Part shown: positions 20,131-29,683 of the stretch, in pieces
Layout of the letters: each line of letters opens with the position of its first letter
Position numbering within the stretch: position 1 is the stretch's first letter
Virus record (IMG/VR): IMGVR_UViG_3300033144_001147
Span: 1 to 61,738 of that record
Direction: 5' to 3' (one strand)
Source of the DNA: a virus
Taxonomy: Duplodnaviria > Caudoviricetes
Length of the DNA stretch: 61,738 bases
Notes under the pieces: generated by a model
Seen by the model: the letters and a program-made list of their open reading frames with translations, nothing else
What the model was told of the DNA's origin: nothing
Database searches by the model: none
Translations under genes and position numbers: made by a program

Positions 20131-22373
20131 CGGATTATTCGGCTTTGGGTATTGGTATTGTTATATCTTGCAAAGTTAACACTTATTTTTGATTTTTGTT
20201 TAGACGGTGTGTATAAGTGCTTCTGATTAGCCATAATAGCTAATCCAGAACTAATAGCCGCATCAAACTTGGTTCTATTACTAATATCAAACTTAGCCCA
20301 GTCTTCCAATGTGCGACCAAAGTGCATTACACCCATGTCCCCTTGATCTCTATAATCTCCAGTAAAATCAATTCCTACATATTTTTCTATATAAGATTCA
20401 ATTGCTGAGGCATGAGATTGTTTTACGTCTTCCGAGGTGTTTGGGATACCTCCTAACTCCCGTTCTGTTTTAGATAATTTATTATAAGTTTTATCGGGGC
20501 GGTTTAAAGAAAAACCTCTATACCCTCTGTTTTTAAAATGATACAAAAGACGAGGTTTATTGTTCTCGCATAAAATAGGCATCCCATAAAATATACATGC
20601 CATTAACACTTCTTCAAAAAATATCTCCGCGGTTTGTGGTCGAGCTATGTATTCTAAGAAAAACTCATTACTTGGAGCTTCATCCATATTAAATTTAGTC
20701 AATCCGTGTAAAGCTCCGTTAGACCCCTTTCCTACCACTACTCCCGATATATCATAAGAGTCACATCCAAATGAACCTAAGTGTTCATTTCCTGGTTTTT
20801 TTATTCCCCTTTCTGTAATTATATTATTCTGTAATTCTTTTTTAGGAGTCCAGCTAACTAAAAATCTTCCTTTTCGATTAGGAGACCACATTACTTTAGA
20901 ATCTTTAATTCCATCTGCCCAATAAAAAGAACCTCGAGTAGTATGATGGTCCATAATTAAAGAGTCATTATAATCTATCTGTTGATAAATTTTAGTTAAA
21001 TTAAACAACGATTGTTTACTCTCATCCCTAAAAGCGTGAGACTCAGTTCGAGGAAACTGTCTATAAAATTCATTTAAAGCATCTGGGTCTTGAGATAAAG
21101 AGTCTACTTCATTTTCCCAATAATCTACAGCCCCTACTACAATATCCTCTCCGTCAATTCCTATTACTGGAGATGGTGGAGTATTTAACACGGGCATCCC
21201 ATACCTATCAATATAACCTTCAAAATTCCATTCCATAGGAACAAACAAGCAGTATAATCCGCTTTTAGTTTGACCATTAGCATTTCGATTAGAAGGAAAA
21301 GAATCTTCGTATAACTTTTTAAAATTAGAACCCCCTTTATCTAACGCATTAGAAGTAGACCCCATCATACATTTACCAATAATCTTACTACCTAATCTTA
21401 AACAAGTTTTAGTTACCCTCCAGTTATTTAATATGTTATCTGGTTTTTCCCACTTACCACTCTCATCATGCAAAAGTAGTTGTAGTTTTTCTCCGTCATA
21501 ACTATTATCTCCTGTATTCTTCCAGTCAATAGTTGTATCTAACCCCTCTAATTCCTCGTCAGATATTTTATGCATATTTTTTTTAGTAATCTTAGAAGCT
21601 GGAACTCTATACGCTAATTCTGTTTTAGGTTTATCCATACCATCTTGAATAGGTTTGAAAAAGAATGGGTAGTTATTAGAAATAGGGACCACTTTGTCGG
21701 TAAACATTTTCTTAGCGTCCGATCCGGTTTTTGATAAAATACCTATACGCGAATCTTTAGTTATAGTAGCTTGATTTACGCCCTCGCAAGAACTCATAAA
21801 AGAAAACCCAGAACGTCTAATTTTTAAATAGCACATTCCAAAACTTCGTTTATCCGCCTTGCAAGCCTCCCAAAAAATATAGAATATTCTATTAGCTTCT
21901 CTAAAATCTGGATTTCCTACATCAATTTTAGTCCACTGCAAATACATATAATGAGTACCTGTAATATAAGTAGGAACTCCTTTATTCATAAACCAATACC
22001 CTTGCTCTCTTCTATCAAACTCTTCTTCTATATATTCTACCCATTGAGATTTAAATATATCAGGAGTTTCGTGCCATTGAAAAATAGATTTAATCCTACT
22101 AAGCTCTTTAGCAATAGGAGCCGCCTCCCAATATTGCTCTTCTTTATCTGCGTGTCTTTTATATATATCTTTAGGTGGTTTAGGTAAAGCTATCCTTAAT
22201 CCATTAATATCTATAACCTTATCTATCTGTCCTGTTTTAGAAATAACAACAACATCGTATTTAGCATTATACCCATAAAGCCAGCTTCTTCCTCTATTTT
22301 TATTAGATATAACAGACTTGGATATAACTCCTTTTAATTCTGTATATAAGTTATTTTGAATTTCTTTCCGCAA
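20127..22373 (-). CDS. terL: Terminase large subunit, 748 aa (TTG start)
   Basis: Walker A-like KIRRSGFS, Walker B LLLHDESGK, coupling motif MGSTSN, nuclease GCDSYD. Confidence 0.9.
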   Translation of the reverse strand: MRKEIQNNLYTELKGVISKSVISNKNRGRSWLYGYNAKYDVVVISKTGQIDKVIDINGLRIALPKPPKDIYKRHADKEEQYWEAAPIAKELSRIKSIFQWHETPDIFKSQWVEYIEEEFDRREQGYWFMNKGVPTYITGTHYMYLQWTKIDVGNPDFREANRIFYIFWEACKADKRSFGMCYLKIRRSGFSFMSSCEGVNQATITKDSRIGILSKTGSDAKKMFTDKVVPISNNYPFFFKPIQDGMDKPKTELAYRVPASKITKKNMHKISDEELEGLDTTIDWKNTGDNSYDGEKLQLLLHDESGKWEKPDNILNNWRVTKTCLRLGSKIIGKCMMGSTSNALDKGGSNFKKLYEDSFPSNRNANGQTKSGLYCLFVPMEWNFEGYIDRYGMPVLNTPPSPVIGIDGEDIVVGAVDYWENEVDSLSQDPDALNEFYRQFPRTESHAFRDESKQSLFNLTKIYQQIDYNDSLIMDHHTTRGSFYWADGIKDSKVMWSPNRKGRFLVSWTPKKELQNNIITERGIKKPGNEHLGSFGCDSYDISGVVVGKGSNGALHGLTKFNMDEAPSNEFFLEYIARPQTAEIFFEEVLMACIFYGMPILCENNKPRLLYHFKNRGYRGFSLNRPDKTYNKLSKTERELGGIPNTSEDVKQSHASAIESYIEKYVGIDFTGDYRDQGDMGVMHFGRTLEDWAKFDISNRTKFDAAISSGLAIMANQKHLYTPSKQKSKISVNFARYNNTNTQSRIIR

Positions 22374-22629
22374 ATCCTTTTACTGTATTAGTTTTATTTT
22401 TTACTATACCTCCCTCCAGCATAGTTTTTTCTTCTTCAATACGTTTTAGTATTTCAAACGCATCCATAATACAAAGCTTTTTAGTGGCCGCTGCATTTTT
22501 AAGTCTGTCAGCCGCTAAAGGATCTTCCGCTTCATATTTAATAATATCCTCTTTAGCTACCTTAATTAATTGCTTAACCGCTTTTTCGCCAGCCTGTATG
22601 ATGCTTAATTTAATTTCCTTTATGTCCAT
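22351..22629 (-). CDS. Putative terminase small subunit, 92 aa
   Basis: Helical protein immediately upstream of and overlapping terL. Confidence 0.5.
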   Translation of the reverse strand: MDIKEIKLSIIQAGEKAVKQLIKVAKEDIIKYEAEDPLAADRLKNAAATKKLCIMDAFEILKRIEEEKTMLEGGIVKNKTNTVKGFAERNSK

Positions 22630-22816
22630 CTTCTTCTTTAAATTTTTCCTGTAATTTTCCTAAAGCCTTTTCGTGACCTGGCATTTCTTTTAAAATTTGC
22701 AGCGCTCCTAACACCATATCTCTGGTTTGTTTTTCTTCAAGAATTAACTTTTGAAGATTAGAGGTTAACGCTTCTACTTTTGCTTTTAAAATTCCAATGT
22801 TTTTTTGTACTCCCAT
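22610..22816 (-). CDS. Hypothetical coiled-coil protein, 68 aa
   Basis: ORF packed in operon. Confidence 0.6.
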   Translation of the reverse strand: MGVQKNIGILKAKVEALTSNLQKLILEEKQTRDMVLGALQILKEMPGHEKALGKLQEKFKEEDGHKGN

Positions 22817-22819
22817 GAT

Positions 22820-23143
22820 TTAATTTTTTTTAAATTTATATATACTATATTTTAAAGTTAACTCTCTGCCTTCTTTTATCTTACGAAGAGTCTTTAATTT
22901 TTTATAATTATAATCTCCTTCGTCTTCTATTAGCTCACAATTAGGGTTTTCGCTATGATTTATAAATCCTCCTAACGGAGTCCGAATAAAATCATGCTGA
23001 AACTCTGGATCGTAAATATGAGTAATACCAATAATAATATCTTTCGGAACATCCTCGGTTGCAAAAATACCAGCCCCGTGTATTGGCGAGGGGCCGATAG
23101 AAAGATATTCAGGCAACGGTTTATAGTTTTCTTCACTTTTCAT
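22820..23143 (-). CDS. SET-domain protein lysine methyltransferase, 107 aa
   Basis: SPIHGAGIFA (motif I), GFINHSENPNC (NHS motif), GRELTLKY (ELxxxY). Confidence 0.9.
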   Translation of the reverse strand: MKSEENYKPLPEYLSIGPSPIHGAGIFATEDVPKDIIIGITHIYDPEFQHDFIRTPLGGFINHSENPNCELIEDEGDYNYKKLKTLRKIKEGRELTLKYSIYKFKKN

Positions 23144-23717
23144 TTTTTTTATATTTATAAAATATTACAAAAACATTTCTCCCCTCCTTCCATGATTGGT
23201 TTGGATATTTACTATGAAAGTAATTTGCAGGATAAGATATAAGCCTATTTTCCTCATATCCAGCTACCGAAACTAATCTCCATTTTTCTAATTCATTTGC
23301 ATCAACCCTTATCATTTCATTATATTCTTTATCCTCGACATGTTCAGGTAAAAACTGTCCGTAGATTATATGCTCCCAAAATGCTGTTCCGTGCAACTCT
23401 TCTTTCTCCCGAGGGGACATATATAAGACTGCCGCTCTATCTGGCTGCTCTCCTTTTATTTTTAAATCTGAATGTATCCTCCAATCCGTATCCTCACTAT
23501 CTGTAGATGTTCTAAAAAAACTTAATATATTTTCTACAGGCCTACCCTCTACCAATCCTAACTTATTTGTCATATAGTTAGTAAAAGTCTCGGGCGATGA
23601 TTGAGTATAAAAATCTTTTTCCCCTACTGTATGTTTTAAAAATTCTCCCTTTTTTAAATAATTAGTTGCTAAGTCAAATAAATCTTTATCCACGAAATTA
23701 TCTATAATTCGTATCAT
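23133..23717 (-). CDS. 2OG-Fe(II) oxygenase, 194 aa
   Basis: IHSD...AAVLYM...GTAFW...NRLISYPANYFHS...R gives the HxD..H facial triad and 2OG-binding Arg. Confidence 0.8.
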   Translation of the reverse strand: MIRIIDNFVDKDLFDLATNYLKKGEFLKHTVGEKDFYTQSSPETFTNYMTNKLGLVEGRPVENILSFFRTSTDSEDTDWRIHSDLKIKGEQPDRAAVLYMSPREKEELHGTAFWEHIIYGQFLPEHVEDKEYNEMIRVDANELEKWRLVSVAGYEENRLISYPANYFHSKYPNQSWKEGRNVFVIFYKYKKNEK

Positions 23718-24277
23718 ATTATCATTGTTATATTTTTAGTAAACATGCGGTATAGTTTTTCTCCTTCTACCTTAAACTCATATTCGCTGTCTGGAGCAAA
23801 AGAAATTTTATCTCCTTCTTTTACTCCTAATTTAATTAATTCATTATTGATATATTTTACTTCTCCCATTAAAGGCTCCTCATTACCTCCTTTATACATA
23901 AATGAATCTTGAAGTGTTAGAGGTTTTATAAAACAATATTTTCCGTGAGCCTTCCATTTATTATTATTTTTATATAAGAAAAACTGATCGTTTTCTACTA
24001 AGAAGTGGTCGTCTTTTAAATAACTTCTTCCGCTTTTTTGACGACCGTACATGTCATAGTAAAATTTAAAAACATTATGATGAACCAATAGAGTGTCTCC
24101 TTTTTGTATTTCGCCTTGATAACCAATAGGTGTAGAAATAACGGTAGCTAAACGATTAGCGGAAGTATGGTCTTCTTGAGATACGCTGGTTATAAAGTCT
24201 ACCTCCCCGATTTGAGTACTATTATCGTATCTTTTATTTTTTACAGGAGTGACTATAAAATTATATGGAGATCTCAT
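23714..24277 (-). CDS. GroES-like tandem-domain protein, 187 aa (start corrected to 24277)
   Basis: ATVISTP...IQKGDTLLVHH and GEVKY...GVKEGDKISF...EYEFKVEGEKLYRM; ATG coupled to the upstream stop (TAATG). Confidence 0.6.
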   Translation of the reverse strand: MRSPYNFIVTPVKNKRYDNSTQIGEVDFITSVSQEDHTSANRLATVISTPIGYQGEIQKGDTLLVHHNVFKFYYDMYGRQKSGRSYLKDDHFLVENDQFFLYKNNNKWKAHGKYCFIKPLTLQDSFMYKGGNEEPLMGEVKYINNELIKLGVKEGDKISFAPDSEYEFKVEGEKLYRMFTKNITMII

Positions 24278-24495
24278 TAAAAGTTTATATTGTATTCTAA
24301 GGATATAGGAAGGGTAACAAGGAACTCTTTCCACACATAAATTTCGTTATTTTTCTGTATCCAAATTTTATATGAACCTTCGAGCGCTTGTATTAAATGA
24401 ATGGTATGACTACCTCCTAATACGTCTTGCCCAACAATATAATGCATAGCGCCTGACTTGTAGTCAGCGCCAATTGATATTTTTCTAATGTCCAT
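24277..24495 (-). CDS. Hypothetical protein, 72 aa
   Basis: MDIRKISIGADYKSGAMHYIVGQ; operon-packed. Confidence 0.7.
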   Translation of the reverse strand: MDIRKISIGADYKSGAMHYIVGQDVLGGSHTIHLIQALEGSYKIWIQKNNEIYVWKEFLVTLPISLEYNINF

Positions 24496-24516
24496 TTCAT
24501 TTAATTTAATTATTTT

Positions 24517-26790
24517 TTATTTCGTTCCACTTGTGTGCTCCGCTCTCAGTGAAACACTCCCCGCAACAGTTGGTGTTCCTAATCCACCTAACGTTCGCAT
24601 AGTAAGAATTAAACCGTGGCCGGGCGCAAGTACATTACTACTAAGCGAGTCTGCACTACAACATGCTACTTCTGGTTCTGTTGGAGTAGGTGCTCCTCCA
24701 ATTAACATCTCGCATGCTCCAATTAGATAGACAGGTGTTGCGGTGCTACAAGGGTCAAAGCCATATACAGCTAAACCATAAGTGTCGGCAACATCAGCTG
24801 TAATCTGAAAACTCAAAGAACAAAATGTTAAACCTGATATATCCGCATCACATCCGTTTATTTCCGCTAATCTATAAAACATACCCCCGTTTAATTCTCC
24901 TTGATTCCAATGAGCATGGTCTGGAGCGTTAGCGTTGTTGTATAGTAATTGATTTATATCCTTATTACCCACAGTAATATCAGCTAATGATGGGAAGGTC
25001 CAGTAGTCAGCGCCTGGAACTGTTTTAGTCATATAGAACCTTTGGTGTATGTTTTCCCATGATTTGCTACCACCTCCACCTGCTGGAACTGTCCAGTTTC
25101 CTGTACCATCTAAATATTTAGTAGCATCATTTCCTGAACCTCTTGGAACACATCCTTCATTCAAATCTCCTGTATATCTTGCTTGATTAATAGTTACTGA
25201 TCCTGTTGCTGGAGAGACTGGGCTAATTAAAAGTGGCAATCCTGTTGAAGCGCTAATTGCCCCTACACTTAGGTCACTTACTCCTGCGGTAGCACTTGGT
25301 GTAACCCATGTTCCATCTCCTCTTAAGAATGTTGTAGCACTACCTCCTGTTGGTACATGTCCAACGTTAGTAGTTCCAGCATAAGCGTTAGACTGAATTA
25401 TTACTGCTCCTGTTGTTGGAGCTATTGTTAATGGGGCTCCTGCTGAAGAACCTAATGATGAGTTTACGGACGTTACTCCACCTCCACCACCTCCAGCTAC
25501 CCATTCTATTGCGGTTCCTAATGCATTTAATCCTAAAACTTGCCCAATGGCTCCAGTAGATCCTGTCGCATCTTCAATTTGAGTTGGAATCATAAGAGGA
25601 GCTGTAACGTTAGTACCTGCTCCTGATAAAATTATACTGGTGATAGCTGTATTTCCCGCTGTTAAAGTGTCTTGTAAATCACAACAAGCAGCATTAATCC
25701 ATGTTAAACCTGTTCCTGTAGATGATAATATTTGTCCCGCTAATCCGACTGAGGATGTAGAATCTGTTATAGTCCCAGCATCTAATGTTCCTGAAATAGT
25801 TATATCGGCATTTGCTCCTGACGCTGAGTTTCCTGTATCTAAAACAGATTGTAAATCTTGTGTTCCTCCGCTGGCCGCAGCCCATAACACCCCTGTTCCT
25901 GTAGATGTTAATACCTGTCCTGCAGTCCCTACAGAAGTTCCGTCCCATAAACTTCCTAATAAAGATATTGCTGAGGTGGAACCTGTTACTCCAGTATTAG
26001 TATATTGATTATTTCCTGCCCAACTATTATTTCCTTCTGAATTAATAGAAACGTTAGGCTCGTATGTCCAGACACCGGTTCCTGATAAGGTAACATTTTG
26101 ACTGGTAGACGTGTTTCCTGAAGCAATCGTGCTTTGTAATCCGCAACAAGAAGCTGGAGGTAATGAGCTTGACCATGCTACTCCCGTACCTGTGGATGTT
26201 AAAAATTGTCCCGGAGTTCCTACCGAACCAGCACCATCATTCAATAAAGCTGTTGAATTAAAATTTAACGTAGTGCTATTAATATTTACTTGTCCAGAAA
26301 ATGCTGAAGTTCCGGTGTTAACTAAAGCAGCCGGACTTAATATCTCTAACTGACCTCCCGCATTTATAATTTGAAAGGTAGCTCCGTCCACTATAGCTTT
26401 TTGAACAGCTGTATTGTTTATAGTTAAAGTATCATTCCAACTACAACAAGAAGTAGCAGGAGAATTAATCCACTGAATACCTGTTCCTGTAGATGATAGT
26501 ATCTGACCTGCCGCACCAACGGATCCTCCAGCGGTAATTGTAGTAGGATAAATTGTACCGACTACGGTTATACCTCCACCTGGTCCTACACCTGTGAGGG
26601 TCATGTTTTGAGTAGCGGTATTACCTGTGTCTAAAACAGATTGAAGTCCTTGAAGAGGACCACCGCCTGCAATTGCTCCAACTAAAAACGTAACCGTCTT
26701 ATTATCGTCACTCGTGTCTGTTGCTATTAGTAAGTCGTCTGCGGATGGTGTAACCGTAGGATATGCGACTGTATTTTCAATTTTTGCCAT
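24517..26790 (-). CDS. Tail fibre protein, 757 aa
   Basis: Repeats LQSVLDTGN and SVGxAGQxLxSTGTGxxW; FLRGDGTW and YLDGTGNW fibre motifs. Confidence 0.8.
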   Translation of the reverse strand: MAKIENTVAYPTVTPSADDLLIATDTSDDNKTVTFLVGAIAGGGPLQGLQSVLDTGNTATQNMTLTGVGPGGGITVVGTIYPTTITAGGSVGAAGQILSSTGTGIQWINSPATSCCSWNDTLTINNTAVQKAIVDGATFQIINAGGQLEILSPAALVNTGTSAFSGQVNINSTTLNFNSTALLNDGAGSVGTPGQFLTSTGTGVAWSSSLPPASCCGLQSTIASGNTSTSQNVTLSGTGVWTYEPNVSINSEGNNSWAGNNQYTNTGVTGSTSAISLLGSLWDGTSVGTAGQVLTSTGTGVLWAAASGGTQDLQSVLDTGNSASGANADITISGTLDAGTITDSTSSVGLAGQILSSTGTGLTWINAACCDLQDTLTAGNTAITSIILSGAGTNVTAPLMIPTQIEDATGSTGAIGQVLGLNALGTAIEWVAGGGGGGVTSVNSSLGSSAGAPLTIAPTTGAVIIQSNAYAGTTNVGHVPTGGSATTFLRGDGTWVTPSATAGVSDLSVGAISASTGLPLLISPVSPATGSVTINQARYTGDLNEGCVPRGSGNDATKYLDGTGNWTVPAGGGGSKSWENIHQRFYMTKTVPGADYWTFPSLADITVGNKDINQLLYNNANAPDHAHWNQGELNGGMFYRLAEINGCDADISGLTFCSLSFQITADVADTYGLAVYGFDPCSTATPVYLIGACEMLIGGAPTPTEPEVACCSADSLSSNVLAPGHGLILTMRTLGGLGTPTVAGSVSLRAEHTSGTK

Positions 26791-26792
26791 TT

Positions 26793-27383
26793 CTATAAAT
26801 TAAATCCTGAAAGTATTCTATATCTAAAAGTAATCCTTATTGACCCATTTCCGTTTGTTGGTCCATCACCAGCATCAAATGTAAAAACAATCGGTTCGTT
26901 TACCATACCAGTCATATCGTTTCCATATTGATTATCCCCTGTCTGAGCACGACTTCCATAAACAAGATTTGTTGTAAGCGGCCAAGGAAATCCTGATTGG
27001 TTTATATTGTTTTCGTCCATAGCATATATGTTACAAGTACTAATAGAACTGGCTGACCTTATCCACGCTTGATTAGTGCAATCAAAGTTGTCGGGAGGAA
27101 CTGAGGTATTGGTTATTGTCTGAGCGACCAATTCTCCTATCTCAGGCATAACTATTACTCCTGCTCCTTGAGCTGGTATTAAAATAACCGGCATAGCTTC
27201 TGCGCCTAAAACCTCTGCAGCTGTTAAAGTTCTATCAAAATATTTCCAACCATAAAAAGCCCACAAGTCGCCAACTAAACAGGTTTTAGTTTCATTATTA
27301 TCACTAACATCTGTTAGCACCACATAGTCGTTAGCTTGAGGCTTGACTAAGGGGTATGCGACTGTGTTTTCAATTTTTGCCAT
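26793..27383 (-). CDS. Short tail fibre/spike protein, 196 aa
   Basis: Shares N-terminal MAKIENTVAYP...D...TD.SD.N.T with the 757-aa fibre. Confidence 0.65.
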   Translation of the reverse strand: MAKIENTVAYPLVKPQANDYVVLTDVSDNNETKTCLVGDLWAFYGWKYFDRTLTAAEVLGAEAMPVILIPAQGAGVIVMPEIGELVAQTITNTSVPPDNFDCTNQAWIRSASSISTCNIYAMDENNINQSGFPWPLTTNLVYGSRAQTGDNQYGNDMTGMVNEPIVFTFDAGDGPTNGNGSIRITFRYRILSGFNL

Positions 27384-27384
27384 T

Positions 27385-27630
27385 TTACTCTTTTTCTTTC
27401 GGTTCCTCTTTTTCTTTTATTTCTCCTGTCTCTAAATTTATTACTGCATCTTTCCCGTACTTAGTCATTAAGTCTCTCTCTAAATGTGAGAACTCTGTTT
27501 TTAACTCTTCTACTCTTAAACAAATTCCGTGCTTTTGTAAAGCTAAATCTCCAAGATTAGTTTTAAGTTTGTTAAATTCCACATTTAAAGTCTGTAAAGA
27601 TTGTAATTCTTTTTCTTCAATTTTTTTCAT
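27385..27630 (-). CDS. Coiled-coil protein, possible fibre chaperone, 81 aa
   Basis: Heptads then KYGKDAVINLETGEI; -7 element at 27665-27672. Confidence 0.6.
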   Translation of the reverse strand: MKKIEEKELQSLQTLNVEFNKLKTNLGDLALQKHGICLRVEELKTEFSHLERDLMTKYGKDAVINLETGEIKEKEEPKEKE

Positions 27631-27693
27631 TTTAATTAAATTTTAGTGATGATTAATATTTCTACAAAGATAATAAAAGTTATGGAATGTATT

Positions 27694-27828
27694 TTACTTT
27701 CCTTGACCTCTATATTTCTTAAGATAATGCTTGCTGGATTTTAAAGAACTACTCTTAGATTTAGAGTGTACTCCTGGTCTTTTCTTCTGACGGTTTCCAC
27801 GAAATATAAATGCAGGTGACTTAGCCAT
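27694..27828 (-). CDS. Small basic protein, 44 aa (not on ORF track)
   Basis: MAKSPAFIFRGNRQKKRPGVHSKSKSSSLKSSKHYLKKYRGQGK; ATG coupled to the holin stop. Confidence 0.75.
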   Translation of the reverse strand: MAKSPAFIFRGNRQKKRPGVHSKSKSSSLKSSKHYLKKYRGQGK

Positions 27829-28220
27829 TACTTTTTAATTTTTTCAAACGACCTTCCTCCAAAATAAGCCCCAATAACAGTTATTAAAACAATCTCTAAT
27901 AAAGATGTCCATTTTTCTTCTACTACAAAATTAATAGACCCCGCGTCTATAAATATCATTAACACTGTGCATACAACTAAAAATATAAGAACCAGAGGTC
28001 TCACATTTTTACTTAACCAGGAATCGCTGGTCATATCATGCCTCCATCTTTCTGTTACGTTTTTTTGAATTGCCTCTTCGGCTGAAATAAAAAGCTTTTC
28101 CATTTCCATTTCAAACTTAGCCTTTTCATCTTTAGTTTGAATAAATTGATCTGCAATTCCTGCTACTTTATCAGCAACATCTCCCGCAGCTCCTCCGAAT
28201 ATTTTTGTAAGCCAATTCAT
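27828..28220 (-). CDS. Holin (3TM/GTA-holin type), 130 aa
   Basis: RWRHDMTSDSWLSKNVRPL, two TM helices, AYFGGRSFEK; next to the endolysin. Confidence 0.8.
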   Translation of the reverse strand: MNWLTKIFGGAAGDVADKVAGIADQFIQTKDEKAKFEMEMEKLFISAEEAIQKNVTERWRHDMTSDSWLSKNVRPLVLIFLVVCTVLMIFIDAGSINFVVEEKWTSLLEIVLITVIGAYFGGRSFEKIKK

Positions 28221-28230
28221 ATTTTTTTTA

Positions 28231-28521
28231 TTAATATTTACCCCTCCTATTAGATGGTGAACTTTTAGTTGAACCCCCTTTGCCTGCCCATAATTTTTTA
28301 CACGACCAGTATCTTGCTGTTAGTTTTGATTTTGCTGTTCCACATTTATGTCTTGCTTTAAAAGACTTTCTTGCAGCAGTAGAATAGTTATGACCATAAC
28401 CTTTAGCCCCAAAGTGAATTAACTTCTCTTTACCTCCCTCACACGCTTTAACCATCTTCTTCTTACCCGGTCGGTCAGAAGCTACAACTCGGTTACATTT
28501 CATTTTACTCTTCTCTGCCAT
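28231..28521 (-). CDS. Basic hypothetical protein, 96 aa (start corrected to 28521)
   Basis: KLIHFGAKGY...ARKSFKARHKC...TARYWSCKKLW; TAATG coupling to the endolysin stop. Confidence 0.7.
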   Translation of the reverse strand: MAEKSKMKCNRVVASDRPGKKKMVKACEGGKEKLIHFGAKGYGHNYSTAARKSFKARHKCGTAKSKLTARYWSCKKLWAGKGGSTKSSPSNRRGKY

Positions 28522-28895
28522 TATGCGTATAGCCAAATTGCGTCAGGTTTACCAGGGTCATTGTCAACATGTATGAAGGATTTTGCAATCCCCAATCTGG
28601 TATATCCGACATTGATTAAAGCTCTAACTATTGTACTTCTTTTTACAGAATCCGTACACACAATATCTGCGGCACACCCTTTAAGATGTGAGCTGGTTTT
28701 AGAGGCTTGGTATCCTCTTTTTAATAAGTCTTTATTATAGTCCTGTGTACGAAATCCAGAAGATATTTTAAAAGGAACTCCTGCTTCTTCTCGAGCAAAA
28801 TCTAAAAGCTCTAAAAAGTCATGATTCATATTTTCGCCCGAACCAGGAACATCTGGAGAGTCAAATTCTTTTAAGGTAAAATATTTATAACTCAT
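28521..28895 (-). CDS. Endolysin, peptidase M15A family, 124 aa
   Basis: ISSGFRT...SSHLKGCAADI...FIHVD zinc-binding motifs. Confidence 0.9.
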   Translation of the reverse strand: MSYKYFTLKEFDSPDVPGSGENMNHDFLELLDFAREEAGVPFKISSGFRTQDYNKDLLKRGYQASKTSSHLKGCAADIVCTDSVKRSTIVRALINVGYTRLGIAKSFIHVDNDPGKPDAIWLYA

Positions 28896-29050
28896 TTCTT
28901 CTTTGCTTTAGCAAACTTATAAACCGTGAAGGCTATCGCTAAGCTTAAAGAAACAAATTGTAAAATTTCATTACATTGAGTAAGGGTTAATCCCAAGGCT
29001 CCCCCATTGGCTGCTACTACTTCGATGGTGTCTTTCACTTCTTTAGTCAT
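28892..29050 (-). CDS. Small membrane protein, 52 aa (not on ORF track), possible holin/antiholin
   Basis: MTKEVKDTIEVVAANGGALGLTLTQCNEILQFVSLSLAIAFTVYKFAKAKKK; ATGA overlap with the endolysin. Confidence 0.7.
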   Translation of the reverse strand: MTKEVKDTIEVVAANGGALGLTLTQCNEILQFVSLSLAIAFTVYKFAKAKKK

Positions 29051-29123
29051 TTTTTAAAGGATAAGTTGCGGTTTGTACCCACGTTATTTTTCCGTTCCCC
29101 GTTGCTGTTTGTGTCCAATTCAT
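29043..29123 (-). CDS. 26-aa microprotein heading the lysis operon
   Basis: MNWTQTATGNGKITWVQTATYPLKND; -7 element TATATTTG at 29129-29136. Confidence 0.5.
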   Translation of the reverse strand: MNWTQTATGNGKITWVQTATYPLKND

Positions 29124-29143
29124 AATTGCAAATATAATAAATT

Positions 29144-29449
29144 TTATGGCTTCTTCTTTTTGAAGGATTTTACTGTATCCGAGATACCTGTACCTAAAGC
29201 AATAAGAGAATTACTTTTCTTTAATTTATTTATTCTGGCTTTAACAGGGTCATATACTTTACCAGGCTTTGGAGCGTTCTTACCAGGATTATATGTTTCC
29301 TTTTTCTTTTTCTCAATTACCACCGGCTTTACAACATTACCTCTATTTGCTGAATCTGATACAGAAGGCTGTGTATTATAATTTAATCCGTCACTCTTTC
29401 TTTTCTCATTCTTCTTTTTGGTACGATGTTTTTTTTCTGTTTTAGGCAT
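29144..29449 (-). CDS. Lys-rich hypothetical protein, 101 aa
   Basis: ORF with A-rich start context. Confidence 0.65.
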   Translation of the reverse strand: MPKTEKKHRTKKKNEKRKSDGLNYNTQPSVSDSANRGNVVKPVVIEKKKKETYNPGKNAPKPGKVYDPVKARINKLKKSNSLIALGTGISDTVKSFKKKKP

Positions 29450-29461
29450 AATTGTTTATTT

Positions 29462-29683
29462 TTATTCAACCCAACCGTTATCCGGGTTAGTAGTTAGTTC
29501 GTAAATTTCTGTCCAAGTGTAATGCGTCTCTCCTTCTGCAATCGGTGGAATATTATCATTAGGAAATGATATGATAAATAAAGTACTGTCGTTATTTTGT
29601 CTTACCGTAGCGGCTGAACCTTGTATAACAGTAGTATAATTAACGTCATTTATAAGCGATATGTCTAAGGTAGAATATAACAT
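29462..29683 (-). CDS. Hypothetical protein, 73 aa
   Basis: Coupled to the LamG gene. Confidence 0.7.
   Translation of the reverse strand: MLYSTLDISLINDVNYTTVIQGSAATVRQNNDSTLFIISFPNDNIPPIAEGETHYTWTEIYELTTNPDNGWVE

Noticed and set aside
24517-27383. Diversity-generating retroelement or invertible fibre cassette
   Set aside because: No reverse transcriptase, recombinase or TR/VR pair; shared sequence is limited to the N-terminal anchor
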